Shown here: positions 8,578 through 18,050 of the stretch, piece by piece
How the letters are laid out: each line of letters begins with the position of its first letter
Numbering within the stretch: the stretch's first letter is position 1
Made by a program: the position numbers and the translations under genes
Notes under the pieces: model-generated
Databases searched by the model: none
Told to the model about the DNA's origin: nothing
Seen by the model: the letters and a program-made list of their open reading frames with translations, nothing else
NCBI RefSeq assembly: GCF_003231495.1
Contig: NZ_PQWO01000013.1
Coordinates: 30,001 to 62,000, forward strand
Source: Acaryochloris thomasi RCC1774
GTDB lineage: Bacteria; Cyanobacteriota; Cyanobacteriia; Thermosynechococcales; Thermosynechococcaceae
DNA length: 32,000 nucleotides
Reading direction: 5' to 3'

Positions 8578-9143
8578 TGCACTGCAACCAAGTTTGGCCC
8601 GCGCCTGCTGGCTGCCGCAGAGCGTGGATTGGGATGATGTTAGCGAGTTCACTGCTGCTGTCGACAGGGCGGCGGGCAGAGTCACAACCCGCCTTGAATC
8701 TCAATCCCCGTCCTCAAACCTGTGCCCCCGATTTTCAAGGGTTAGTTCAGCAGATGCTGCCCGCCTTACCTAGCATTACCAACCGCATCTATACCCGGTC
8801 GAACCTAGAGCGGCAATACATGATCATAGCCAGTGCCCCCAACTTCGAAGCCCTGCCTCTCCAGTCTCGGTCGGAGCCGCAAGATCCCGCGGAATCAGAG
8901 CCGCAGCAGGTCTTTTTCACAACCCGGACTCGACGGTATCGGAACCAAAAGGTCGAAGAGTTGCAGGAATATCACTGGCTCTTTCTCACCCGCAGCGATA
9001 CGGGCTGGCGATTTTCTATGCTGTACTCCATTGCCGGACAGTATCCCCAAACAAATCCACCTTCTCCACCTCGAAACAGCAGTGAAGGGGCCGTTGCAGC
9101 TGCAATTCGGGACTGGCTCCGAGACTGTCGCTTAACGCGCTGA
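8577..9143 (+). CDS. Hypothetical exported protein
   Basis: The ATG at 8577 overlaps the pyrF TGA (TGATG). A hydrophobic N-terminal segment (WIGMMLASSLLLSTG) follows. The part of track ORF 8403-9143 that lies inside pyrF is rejected. Confidence 0.5.
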   Translation: MHCNQVWPAPAGCRRAWIGMMLASSLLLSTGRRAESQPALNLNPRPQTCAPDFQGLVQQMLPALPSITNRIYTRSNLERQYMIIASAPNFEALPLQSRSEPQDPAESEPQQVFFTTRTRRYRNQKVEELQEYHWLFLTRSDTGWRFSMLYSIAGQYPQTNPPSPPRNSSEGAVAAAIRDWLRDCRLTR

Positions 9144-9214
9144 TGTCGTTCTGTTTTGTGGATTAGGGCACGTTGAGAGAGATGAGACTCTCTATCCCTA
9201 TTGCTCTCTCCACC

Positions 9215-9946
9215 ATGACCTACAGCCCTAGAGTTCGAGATTTGCCCAGTTGCGATCGCCCTCGAGAACGTCTGATGACCCAGGGTTCACAATTTCTCAC
9301 CTCCGCCGAACTACTGGCAATATTGCTGGGGACCGGACAAGGAGCAGGAAAGCTCTCGGCCGTGGGCCTCGGTCAACTCATTCTCCATGAGCTAGGCGAA
9401 CACCAACATGAACCGCTTGCCATTTTGCGCAACATCAACGCAGCTGAGCTCATGCAGATCGAAGGGATTGGCCCCGCCAAAGCCACAACCATCTTAGCCG
9501 CCATTGAACTGGGGAAACGCGTGTTTCAAACTCGCCCCGCAGAGCTAACGATTGTTGATGATCCGGCAGTAGCCGCCGCCGCTCTGGCTGGGGAGCTGAT
9601 GTGGCAAACCCAAGAGCGCTTTGCCGTGGTTCTCTTAGATATTAAACACAGGCTGCTGGGCACCCATGTGATCAGTATCGGCACCGCCACCGAAACCATT
9701 GCTCACCCCCGAGATATCTTCCGCGAAGTCATCCGACAGGGCGCAACGCGCGTGATTGTGGCCCACAACCATCCCTCAGGTAGTATTGACCCCAGCCACG
9801 AAGACGTAGAGCTGACGCGCCAGTTGCTAGCCGCAGCTCAACTGCTGGGCATTCCGCTTTTAGATCATTTAATTCTTGGCAACGGAGAATACAGTAGTCT
9901 CAGGCAGACGACTTTACTATGGGATGAGTGTCCCCAAGGTGATTAG
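9215..9946 (+). CDS. radC: RadC-family JAB/MPN domain protein
   Basis: Motifs seen: [16 protein letters not shown], the HhH-like EGIGPAKA, and the JAMM motif [14 protein letters not shown]. The start is taken at [11 protein letters not shown]. Confidence 0.85.
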   Translation: MTYSPRVRDLPSCDRPRERLMTQGSQFLTSAELLAILLGTGQGAGKLSAVGLGQLILHELGEHQHEPLAILRNINAAELMQIEGIGPAKATTILAAIELGKRVFQTRPAELTIVDDPAVAAAALAGELMWQTQERFAVVLLDIKHRLLGTHVISIGTATETIAHPRDIFREVIRQGATRVIVAHNHPSGSIDPSHEDVELTRQLLAAAQLLGIPLLDHLILGNGEYSSLRQTTLLWDECPQGD

Positions 9947-10070
9947 TCTTTTGTATCGTTGAGGCAGTCTCGAATCACCCTTAGGATTGGGGAGCCTTCT
10001 ACGATATGATAATTACGGTCATGATCGGTTGGATTTTTTGACAGTAGGAATTACGTAGAGGATAGACGCA

Positions 10071-11075
10071 GTGATTAGAGTAGCGATCAACGGGTTCGGG
10101 CGGATTGGACGAAATTTTATGCGGTGCTGGTTGCTGCGGGAGAACAGCAACATTGAGGTTGTTGCTATCAACGACACCTCTGATCCCAAGACAAATTCGC
10201 ACCTGCTACGCTACGACTCTATGCTCGGACGGCTTGATGCCGATATTCGTCCTGATGGCGATACCATCATTGCCAATGGTCACGTCGTGAAGTGTACCTC
10301 TGACCGCAACCCCGCCAACTTACCCTGGGGTGCTTGGGACATTGACATGGTCGTGGAATCTACAGGTGTTTTCGTCACTAAGGAAGGTGCTGGCAAGCAC
10401 ATTGATGCGGGTGCAAAGAAAGTTCTGATTACGGCTCCCGGCAAGGGTGGCGTGGGCATGTATGTGGTTGGCGTCAACCATGAAGACTATGACCCCAATG
10501 ATGCAATTCTCAGCAACGCAAGCTGTACCACTAACTGCTTAGCACCTGTTGCAAAAGTTCTGCATGAAAACTTTGGTATTGTGCAGGGCTTGATTACAAC
10601 AACCCACAGTTATACCGGTGACCAACGAATTTTGGATGCCAGTCACCGCGACCTAAGACGGGCGCGAGCTGCCGCGGTTAATATCGTACCGACTTCCACT
10701 GGAGCGGCGGCGGCTGTGGGTAGCGTGATTCCGGCACTGCAGGGCAAATTAAATGGAATTGCTCTGCGAGTTCCAACGCCTAACGTATCAGTTTGCGATT
10801 TCGTCGCTCAAATTGAGAAATCTGCGATTGCAGAAGAAGTCAATGAAGTGCTCAAAAATGCCTCGAATAACGGCATGAAGGGGATCATCACAGTCTGTGA
10901 CGAGCCTTTAGTCTCAGGTGACTTCAAAGGACATGATTCATCTTCAATTGTTGATGCGGCGTTGACCATGACCATGGGCGGCAGCATGATTAAGGTGATC
11001 TGCTGGTATGACAATGAGTGGGGCTACAGCCAGCGCGTTCTTGACCTTGCTGAGTACGTTGCTGCTAAGTGGTAG
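10071..11075 (+). CDS. gap2: Glyceraldehyde-3-phosphate dehydrogenase, Gap2/GapA (Calvin-cycle) type
   Basis: GTG start. Motifs seen: [43 protein letters not shown]. From memory it is closely collinear with Synechocystis Gap2. Confidence 0.92.
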   Translation: MIRVAINGFGRIGRNFMRCWLLRENSNIEVVAINDTSDPKTNSHLLRYDSMLGRLDADIRPDGDTIIANGHVVKCTSDRNPANLPWGAWDIDMVVESTGVFVTKEGAGKHIDAGAKKVLITAPGKGGVGMYVVGVNHEDYDPNDAILSNASCTTNCLAPVAKVLHENFGIVQGLITTTHSYTGDQRILDASHRDLRRARAAAVNIVPTSTGAAAAVGSVIPALQGKLNGIALRVPTPNVSVCDFVAQIEKSAIAEEVNEVLKNASNNGMKGIITVCDEPLVSGDFKGHDSSSIVDAALTMTMGGSMIKVICWYDNEWGYSQRVLDLAEYVAAKW

Positions 11076-11120
11076 TTTCTGCTATTTGAGCGCTCTGCTC
11101 GCTTGATCAGAAATTAGCAA

Positions 11121-11160
11121 GAAACCCTCGCCTGAGTCAGGCGAGGGTTTCTTTTATTTG
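11121..11160. terminator. Bidirectional rho-independent terminator between convergent gap2 and thioredoxin-like genes
   Basis: GAAACCCTCGCC (11121-11132) pairs perfectly with GGCGAGGGTTTC (11140-11151) around a 7-nt loop. TTTTATTT follows it and AAATTAGCAA precedes it. Confidence 0.78.
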
Positions 11161-11175
11161 AAATTTGGGGTGAGT

Positions 11176-11604
11176 TTACGATAGCTGCTCAAATTCATCG
11201 GCCAAAATGATCTGAGGAATCCGACCTACGAGGCTTTTTACTAAAGATTGTTGTTCATTGAGTAGTGTAAATTGTGGGACGCCCGTCACGTCGTATTGAT
11301 CCATCTGGGGGAGCCACTGCGCTTCGTCCACGTTGAGCATGACGAAGTTGATATCTTCACCATATTGCTGCTCTAGGGTTTGCATTGTGGGAGCCATAGA
11401 CTGACAGACGGAACACCAGTCAGCATAGAATTCTAGAATGGTGGGTTTTTGAGATGCGATCGCAACCTCATAGGGCACAGCATCTTGAGCCATCTCCTTC
11501 ATCACCTTGAGCCCCGATAGACTTGTTGCACTCGCTGGTTGAGCAGTCCAGCAACAGGTTATCAATATCCCAAGCAACAGAATACTTTTCAACAACTTAT
11601 GCAT
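11176..11604 (-). CDS. Exported thioredoxin-like protein (WCxxC)
   Basis: Signal or anchor sequence MHKLLKSILLLGILITCCW, then a thioredoxin fold with FYADWCSVCQSM and GVPQF. The start is taken at the internal Met (11604) rather than 11673. Confidence 0.8.
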   Translation of the reverse strand: MHKLLKSILLLGILITCCWTAQPASATSLSGLKVMKEMAQDAVPYEVAIASQKPTILEFYADWCSVCQSMAPTMQTLEQQYGEDINFVMLNVDEAQWLPQMDQYDVTGVPQFTLLNEQQSLVKSLVGRIPQIILADEFEQLS

Positions 11605-11747
11605 CAATTTTCTCCAGAAGCCCAGAGAGAATTGTAACAAAACCACTTTCAATAGGACGGATATTCCGGTCAAGAATCACCGCCAGCACCCAACCGTTGC
11701 TTTACAATCAGCGATAGTAAGATAGAAAAGCCGTTAAACCTTTTGCT

Positions 11748-13640
11748 ATGCCCGACCCCATTCTGGAGGTTAGCAACCTACAAGTACAGTTCAAAGCTGA
11801 GACCCAGACTGTCAAAGCAGTAGACGATGTCTCCTTTGTGCTTCATCGGGGCCAAACCCTAGGAATTGTGGGGGAATCTGGCTCAGGCAAATCAGTAACG
11901 TCTTTATCGCTCATGCGTTTGGTGCCCAGCCCACCCGGTGAAATTGTCAACGGTGACATCTGGTTTCACGGTCGCACAAAGAATGACGAGGCTCCCATCA
12001 ACCTGCTGCAGCTCCCACTTCGGGATATGCAAAAATATCGCGGCTCCCAGATCTCAATGATCTTTCAGGAACCCATGAGTTCCCTCAATCCCGTCTATAC
12101 CTGTGGATTTCAGCTCATTGAAGCCATCCTTCTTCATAAAGATATTTCTAAAGTAGAAGCCCGTCGCAGTGCCGTTGCCCTCCTGCAAGAAGTAAAGCTG
12201 ATCCCCAGCGATGCAGAACTGAAGCAGCTAGCAATACAGTCAAGCAGCACAGACATCAATGAAGCCGAGATTCAGCAGCAAATTAATCAGCAGAAACGCT
12301 CGTTTTTAGACCGCTATCCCCATGAACTGTCTGGCGGACAGATTCAACGGGTGATGATTGCGATGGCCATCTCCTGTGACCCCGCAATTTTGATCGCCGA
12401 TGAACCCACGACGGCACTGGACGTGACGGTACAGGCCACAATTTTAGACCTGCTGCGCGAACTGCGAGACAGCAGAGGCATGTCAATTATCTTCGTCACC
12501 CACGACTTGGGCATCATTGCTGAAATCGCCGATAGTGTCGCCGTCATGTTCCGGGGCAAAATTGTCGAAGTTGGCTCTGTTCAGCAAATTTTTTCTGAAC
12601 CTCAGCACCCTTACACCCAAGGTCTTCTGGCCTGTCGCCCCCAGCCCCACAAACGTCTTGAGTATCTGCCGACTATCAGTGCCTTCATGGCTGCCGCCGA
12701 ACAGGCAGAAACAGCAGAGAAAGATTTCAATCGCTCCGCCGCGTCCCCTCTGACCATCGCAGAAATTCCTGAGTCAGCCATCCAGCAGCGGCTCACGGAC
12801 TTGAAAAAGCACGAACCTTTAATGATGGTCCGAGACCTCCAGGTTTTTTTCCCGGTCAGGGGAATGTTTGGGCAGACCGCCCGCTACGTTACCGCTGTCA
12901 ACGGCGTCACCTTCAACGTCTATCCGGGTGAAACACTGGGCTTAGTTGGAGAGTCTGGCTGCGGCAAAACAACGCTAGGTCGCACATTGGTGCGCTTGAT
13001 CGAACCCACCAGCGGCTACATCAATTTTGAGGGGAACAACATCACCGCGCTGCGCGGGAAACCGCTGCGAACCCTGCGGCAAAATCTGCAGATCATTTTT
13101 CAAGACCCCAACAGCTCCCTCGACCCCCGCATGAGTATTGGGGCCGCAATTATGGAACCGATGAAAATTGCCGGTGGGGTACCTACTGATAACGGCTGGT
13201 CAAAAAATCGTAAAGAAATGCGCGATCGCATCGCCTACTTACTCGAACGGGTTGATCTCAACCCAGACGCCATGAATCGCTATCCCCACGAATTCTCTGG
13301 GGGCCAGCGGCAGCGCGTCTGTATCGCCCGTGCCCTAGCCCTCAACCCCAGATTTATCATCTGCGATGAATCGGTCTCGGCCCTAGATGTTTCAGTCCAG
13401 GCCCAGGTGCTCAATCTACTCAAAGAGCTGCAGAAAGAATTTTCGTTAACGTATATTTTTATTTCCCATGATCTGAGCGTTGTTAAATTTATGAGCGATC
13501 GCATCATGGTTATGAATCGCGGAAAGATCGAAGAAATTGGCCCTGCCGAAGCGGTCTATCAGGCTCCTGAGAAGGAATATACCAAGCAGCTGATTGCCTC
13601 TATCCCCACTGGAATTCCGCCAGAAGCCCTCTCTGCTTAA
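11748..13640 (+). CDS. ABC transporter ATP-binding protein with duplicated ATPase domains (Dpp/Opp D-F fusion type)
   Basis: Two complete NBDs: GESGSGKS / LSGGQIQRV / [12 protein letters not shown], and GESGCGKTT / FSGGQRQRV / [12 protein letters not shown]. Oligopeptide-type C-terminal motifs (HPYTQGLL) are present. Confidence 0.9.
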   Translation: MPDPILEVSNLQVQFKAETQTVKAVDDVSFVLHRGQTLGIVGESGSGKSVTSLSLMRLVPSPPGEIVNGDIWFHGRTKNDEAPINLLQLPLRDMQKYRGSQISMIFQEPMSSLNPVYTCGFQLIEAILLHKDISKVEARRSAVALLQEVKLIPSDAELKQLAIQSSSTDINEAEIQQQINQQKRSFLDRYPHELSGGQIQRVMIAMAISCDPAILIADEPTTALDVTVQATILDLLRELRDSRGMSIIFVTHDLGIIAEIADSVAVMFRGKIVEVGSVQQIFSEPQHPYTQGLLACRPQPHKRLEYLPTISAFMAAAEQAETAEKDFNRSAASPLTIAEIPESAIQQRLTDLKKHEPLMMVRDLQVFFPVRGMFGQTARYVTAVNGVTFNVYPGETLGLVGESGCGKTTLGRTLVRLIEPTSGYINFEGNNITALRGKPLRTLRQNLQIIFQDPNSSLDPRMSIGAAIMEPMKIAGGVPTDNGWSKNRKEMRDRIAYLLERVDLNPDAMNRYPHEFSGGQRQRVCIARALALNPRFIICDESVSALDVSVQAQVLNLLKELQKEFSLTYIFISHDLSVVKFMSDRIMVMNRGKIEEIGPAEAVYQAPEKEYTKQLIASIPTGIPPEALSA

Positions 13641-13738
13641 AGCTATTTTGGGGGGCTCCACTTTGCGACTAGCTAGTCACAGCCACTATGATAGTGGGTG
13701 CCCCGCCACCGCAGCTACTCTGTGCTGTCCGCCTATTC

Positions 13739-14893
13739 ATGGACAACGTCACCCTAATTTGTACCTTTATTCAACAAATTGTTAATCAACAGCCTGCCTT
13801 TTTATACAATTCAGAGCTGAGGATTGAGCCAGTTAGCGATGCTCTGCAATTAGTCGCCGCCTCAGGAGGGTTGGTTGCCGCTTCACAAGCGTTGAATGGA
13901 GTCGCTCAAGTTGCTGTCAGACACCAATCTTCTCACTGGAATACGGTGCATACGGCCATGGCCGAAGCCGGTTTCTTACCCACCGGTAAGTCACGCATGG
14001 CTGGATTCTACGATTATCAAAGTATTGCAGTCCCGGCTGGATATCAGGTCCGATTCACCGATGCCTTAGATATCTTACAAGCCTGGTGGAGCTACAAAAA
14101 TCCAGTCAAAATGCGGCCGATCATGGCAATGTTGATTCTCCATAGAGGTCACTGGTATGCCATACAAGATCTCACCTGTCAGCAGGGAACTTTGTTAATC
14201 CATACTCTCAAAGACACTCTGAAGCTCTACCCCCTTGATCGAATTATCTGGCTACAGAAAGGTGCTTCTCAGCCCGTGCCTGCCAAGGCGCAAAAGACCT
14301 CATCGGCCCGCTCGACGGCGGTCTCTGCATCAAATCCCCCAGAACAGCTCGAGCCGCTTCCCATATCCCATAGCAAAAAAATTGGCAGCTACCTTGTAGA
14401 AGCTGCATTGCTGACGACGGCTCAAACCGAAGTTGTTCTCTGCGATCAGCAAGCGACGGGAATGCGATTTGGCGAGATTTTAGTCAAGAGAGGTTGGCTA
14501 AAAGAAGAAACCATTGAGTTTCTAATGAAAAATGTGATTCTTCCCCAGCGAGCCGCGGCTAGGCGAGAAGCAGGGCTAGCAACTCAGAAAATTCGGAGAC
14601 GTGTCGCCCGCAAGATCCCGATATCCACACCGTCGCAGTCTACGCGAGTCAGCGTTCATAGCCGTTCAAAACCAGTTGTCACGAAATCAGAAGAGCCTCT
14701 TTCTTCACACCCAAAGCCACCCCCTACTGCGGATGCTCTCCACAATCGAGAGACACTTATTACCCGTCAGATTCCTGACTTTATCGATTTACCGGCTCAA
14801 GCTGCAGTCGCCTTACACAACCGTGAGACTTTAGTGACCTATGACCTTGATCTAGAAGATTCAAATTCTTGGGATGATTCTGAGCTTGTTTAG
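13739..14893 (+). CDS. Hypothetical protein with central T2SSE_N/MshEN-like domain and basic/Pro-rich C-terminus
   Basis: Long ORF 13688-14893 with the start at ATG 13739 or 13688. The central KIGSYLVEAALLTTAQTEVVLCDQ-QATGM-RFGEILVKRGWLKEETIEFLMKNV resembles the N-terminal domain of PilB/MshE ATPases. The N-terminal ~190 aa are unrecognised. Confidence 0.6.
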   Translation: MDNVTLICTFIQQIVNQQPAFLYNSELRIEPVSDALQLVAASGGLVAASQALNGVAQVAVRHQSSHWNTVHTAMAEAGFLPTGKSRMAGFYDYQSIAVPAGYQVRFTDALDILQAWWSYKNPVKMRPIMAMLILHRGHWYAIQDLTCQQGTLLIHTLKDTLKLYPLDRIIWLQKGASQPVPAKAQKTSSARSTAVSASNPPEQLEPLPISHSKKIGSYLVEAALLTTAQTEVVLCDQQATGMRFGEILVKRGWLKEETIEFLMKNVILPQRAAARREAGLATQKIRRRVARKIPISTPSQSTRVSVHSRSKPVVTKSEEPLSSHPKPPPTADALHNRETLITRQIPDFIDLPAQAAVALHNRETLVTYDLDLEDSNSWDDSELV

Positions 14894-15043
14894 ATGCCTG
14901 ATACAAGCGACTTTCAGCATCTCCTTCACGGTGGGGCAACCCGTTGATATTCTGATCAATCCATCACTGTTCCTCTCTCGAGAACTAAGTAGATAGGCTT
15001 AATTGACTTGAAGATTCCTGATTAAATTCAATATCGTTGCATT

Positions 15044-15103
15044 GGCCCTCACCCCCAGCCCCCCTCTCCCAATGTTGGGAGAGGGGGGCTGGGGGTGAGG
15101 GCC
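15044..15103. repeat. 60-bp perfect GC-rich palindrome (29-bp arms)
   Basis: GGCCCTCACCCCCAGCCCCCCTCTCCCAA (15044-15072) is the exact reverse complement of 15075-15103. Only TG separates the arms. Verified base by base. Confidence 0.95.
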
Positions 15104-15465
15104 ATGTAGAGCATTTGCTAATATCTGATCTTTAACTTGATTCTGCCTCGCTACTTATCTTGAATCAGAACGTTGAGTTCCGTAAATTTCACGATGAATA
15201 AAGACATTTCGCCGGTCAAAATAGAAGGAATAGTGCGACTCAAGCAAAAGCAGTGCCCCAGCGATGTAAGGCATACTCTGAAAGGCGGCCAATTAGGCCC
15301 GTTTTAATGCTGCGATCATTGGGCATTTTTTATAGATACTGGGCTTGAAAGATAAACGCTGAAAGGCATTAGTTTCTGAGCGATTTGCAATGAAGGATAT
15401 CAATATACCACTGCAGTATCAATTTGGAGGAATTCTAAACTGGCAGAGGTTGAGACTGTAACAGG

Positions 15466-16020
15466 ATGCCAAATTTTCTGCTAAGAGCCATAGCAAAAGG
15501 GACTGCTTTTCACATTGATAGAAAGATAGCCACTGACTCGGGCCGGTGGACGGCTGGCTTTACCTTAGTTGAGGTCCTTGTGGCCCTGATGATATCAGCC
15601 GTTTTTACATCGTTGACGATGCAGGCTCTGGTCACGGCAGCCGCTTTTCGAAGTAAGGCGTCTCAGTACGATGAAGCCGTGAGCTGGATTCAGGAAGATC
15701 TTGAAGCTGTCGTCAGTCAAGCCAGTCAGTATGAAAACAGCGTTCTCCCTTTTTCGAGTACCTGTAATGCCACTACGGCAGCCAATGGGATGGCAGCCAG
15801 CTTTATTAATAATGGTTTGGGGGGGCAAACAGCAACGCTGGGACCGAGAGATTTAGGAGGGAAGTCCTATACCCTTAATCGGGTCGCTGAGTTTGCAAGC
15901 ACTTCAGACCCGTTCAGGCTAATTGAACTACTGTACACCGTGACACCAACGGCTGGAGGGGTGCCCGTTGCCAACGTCCGTACTGAGGTGATTCCCTATG
16001 CTGTTTTGCGGTGTCCTTGA
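15466..16020 (+). CDS. Prepilin-type N-terminal cleavage/methylation domain protein, PilV-like minor pilin
   Basis: G|FTLVEVLVALMISAVF with Glu at +5, followed by the short globular domain typical of PilV-like pseudopilins. The predicted leader is about 31 aa, so the start is uncertain. Confidence 0.72.
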   Translation: MPNFLLRAIAKGTAFHIDRKIATDSGRWTAGFTLVEVLVALMISAVFTSLTMQALVTAAAFRSKASQYDEAVSWIQEDLEAVVSQASQYENSVLPFSSTCNATTAANGMAASFINNGLGGQTATLGPRDLGGKSYTLNRVAEFASTSDPFRLIELLYTVTPTAGGVPVANVRTEVIPYAVLRCP

Positions 16021-16054
16021 TTGAATGTTGGTAGGGGTTGTCAATACTTAAGCT

Positions 16055-16975
16055 ATGGCTAAGAAAATGGGTCTATTTCGATTTCTTCAATACTTCAGAG
16101 GGCGGTGGTCGACTCAACACTCAGGATTCACGCTGATTGAGAAAATGATCGTTGTCGCAGTGGTAGGAATCTTAGGGGCAGTGACGGCTCCTAACCTTTC
16201 AAAGATGCTGGATCGGGTCAAGCTTGATCAGGCGACCAAAGAGGTGAGAAGTGCCCTTGACGAGACCCAGCGAGAGGCCATTCGAGGCAATAAAAGCTGC
16301 ATGGTTACGCTTAATTTAGTTGAATCTAAGGTGACAGGAAACTGTTTACAGGCTGGAAATCGTGATCTTCCAGAGAGAATTAGTCTAGCCACGAATATGG
16401 TCAGTAACCTAGATGTCGGCCTACCCAGCGGCACGGCTGAAACGCTCCCTCCCGCAACTGAGATTGCATCCACGGTGACTGATGTTGACACTGGACTGGG
16501 CCTGTATCGCGATCGCCCCACAAAAGTGGCTGTTGCGACAGGACCGGTTGCACCAAAAGCATCCATGACCATTCAAATCATTAGTCAAGCTCCTGCCTGT
16601 TCTCAGACCGCTGGGCAACAAAGCAGCAACAACTGCGGGAATAAGTCAAATAAGGCCCAACAAGGGCAATCTAACCCTTCACCGTCGCCTTCACCTAGCA
16701 GTCCCCCGCCAGGGGTATCTGTTACACCCATTCCCATTCAGTATGGGGCTTTGGGAACGCCTAATTTTGCGGTGGTTAGCGAGCTATCGATACCGGCAGA
16801 TCCGACCGGTAAAATTGTTTTCTCTTTGGCCAACAATGAGAGTGCGGAAAGGAAGTGTATCGCTATTTCTAATACCTTAGGTCTCACGCGAATTGGTTCC
16901 TACCGTGGTGATCTAGAGCCTTCTAAGATTACAGATGAGGGGGCTTGTACTGCCACAAGCTGGACAACACAATGA
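16055..16975 (+). CDS. Prepilin-type protein, FimT/GspH-like minor pilin with Pro/Ser-rich linker and extra C-terminal domain
   Basis: G|FTLIEKMIVVAVVGILGAV, then a GspH/FimT-like segment (LDRVKLDQATKEVRSALDETQREAIRGNK), then the NPSPSPSPSSPPPG linker and about 90 further residues. Confidence 0.72.
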   Translation: MAKKMGLFRFLQYFRGRWSTQHSGFTLIEKMIVVAVVGILGAVTAPNLSKMLDRVKLDQATKEVRSALDETQREAIRGNKSCMVTLNLVESKVTGNCLQAGNRDLPERISLATNMVSNLDVGLPSGTAETLPPATEIASTVTDVDTGLGLYRDRPTKVAVATGPVAPKASMTIQIISQAPACSQTAGQQSSNNCGNKSNKAQQGQSNPSPSPSPSSPPPGVSVTPIPIQYGALGTPNFAVVSELSIPADPTGKIVFSLANNESAERKCIAISNTLGLTRIGSYRGDLEPSKITDEGACTATSWTTQ

Positions 16976-18015
16976 GCCAGAACGCCCGCTTCAGATGGCT
17001 TCTGCTCCGGAGAGTTGCCGCTCAGCTCAGCCGGTCTGAGCAGCAGGGATTCACGTTAATAGAATTGCTGGTTGCCTCAGCCATCACGACCATTGTTTTA
17101 ACAGTTGTTTTTATTGGTGTGCTCACGGCCATTAACGGCAATCGCCTTGCTGAAGCTAGAACTAGGCGGCGCATTGATCTCAGCCGGGCTTTTGATTTTA
17201 TCAGTAATGAGATTCGGATGGCGAACCGCATTAATCAAACAGCGACAACGGCTCTGGGGGGCTCAGTAACCTTAGAAGATGTGGTGACTAGTTCTGGTTT
17301 AACGATGGCAGAGCTGGGAAATCCCGACGCCATTGTTCTTTATCTAGAGATTCCGATCAGTGAGCCGGGGCCAGCAATTTGTCCAGCGGGTAGCCCCAAT
17401 GCAGGTGCTGCTCGTGCGCAAGTTGATCGGATTGTCTATGATGTTCGACCCAGCACTAACGGCTGGCTACCGCCGCGTGCAGTTCATCGACATGGCCGGA
17501 TTCCTAGGCTGGATGGCAGTATCGACCCCTGTAGCAGACCTGTCTCTAGCGATACGTTGGTGGATGCGATCGCAAATCAAGCCACTCCCCCTGAGTGCGG
17601 TACATCAGCGCGCCCCGGTCAGCTATCGGGAGCTTCGGGTTTCTATGCCTGCGTCAATGGGGCTGAAGTCGATCTCAATTTCAAAAGTGACGTGACGAAT
17701 TTAGAGGTTCACCGTCTTAGCAGCAAAGCGGCCTCTCGGGTGAGCAATAATATTGCGATTCCAGTGTTGAAGCGCGACGGGCGAACAGGCGATACTCTGG
17801 ACCTCTCCTGGACCTGGACCGGGGCTAGCGCAGGCGTCACCTACCGAGTCTTTCAAGCCGTCAACGAGACCCAAACTGAAGTTGCCAGTGAGACAAATCA
17901 GGCTGCTTCAGTGCCTCTAACAGGCAATATTGGGGAGAATCATTGTTACACAGTAATTGCGACCTTCGGGAGCCTAGCCAGTTTAGAGAGCGACCCACTG
18001 TGTGAAATCAAGTAG
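16972..18015 (+). CDS. Prepilin-type protein, PilW-like minor pilin with C-terminal FN3/Ig-like extension
   Basis: The ATG at 16972 overlaps the upstream TGA (ATGA). Motifs seen: QQG|FTLIELLVASAITTIVL and the PilW-like RRRIDLSRAFDFISNEIRMANRI. The C-terminal LDLSWTW..GVTYRVFQ..CYTVIA has a beta-sandwich pattern. Confidence 0.7.
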   Translation: MSQNARFRWLLLRRVAAQLSRSEQQGFTLIELLVASAITTIVLTVVFIGVLTAINGNRLAEARTRRRIDLSRAFDFISNEIRMANRINQTATTALGGSVTLEDVVTSSGLTMAELGNPDAIVLYLEIPISEPGPAICPAGSPNAGAARAQVDRIVYDVRPSTNGWLPPRAVHRHGRIPRLDGSIDPCSRPVSSDTLVDAIANQATPPECGTSARPGQLSGASGFYACVNGAEVDLNFKSDVTNLEVHRLSSKAASRVSNNIAIPVLKRDGRTGDTLDLSWTWTGASAGVTYRVFQAVNETQTEVASETNQAASVPLTGNIGENHCYTVIATFGSLASLESDPLCEIK

Positions 18016-18050
18016 GTTGTTCTCTTCATGCCGCAGTGATCCCTTTGCCA

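Noticed and set aside
15155-15274. 39-aa minus-strand ORF (MPYIAGALLLLESHYSFYFDRRNVFIHREIYGTQRSDSR) in the pilin-upstream spacer
   Set aside because: No RBS and no recognisable family. It is short enough to arise by chance in a 572-nt spacer.
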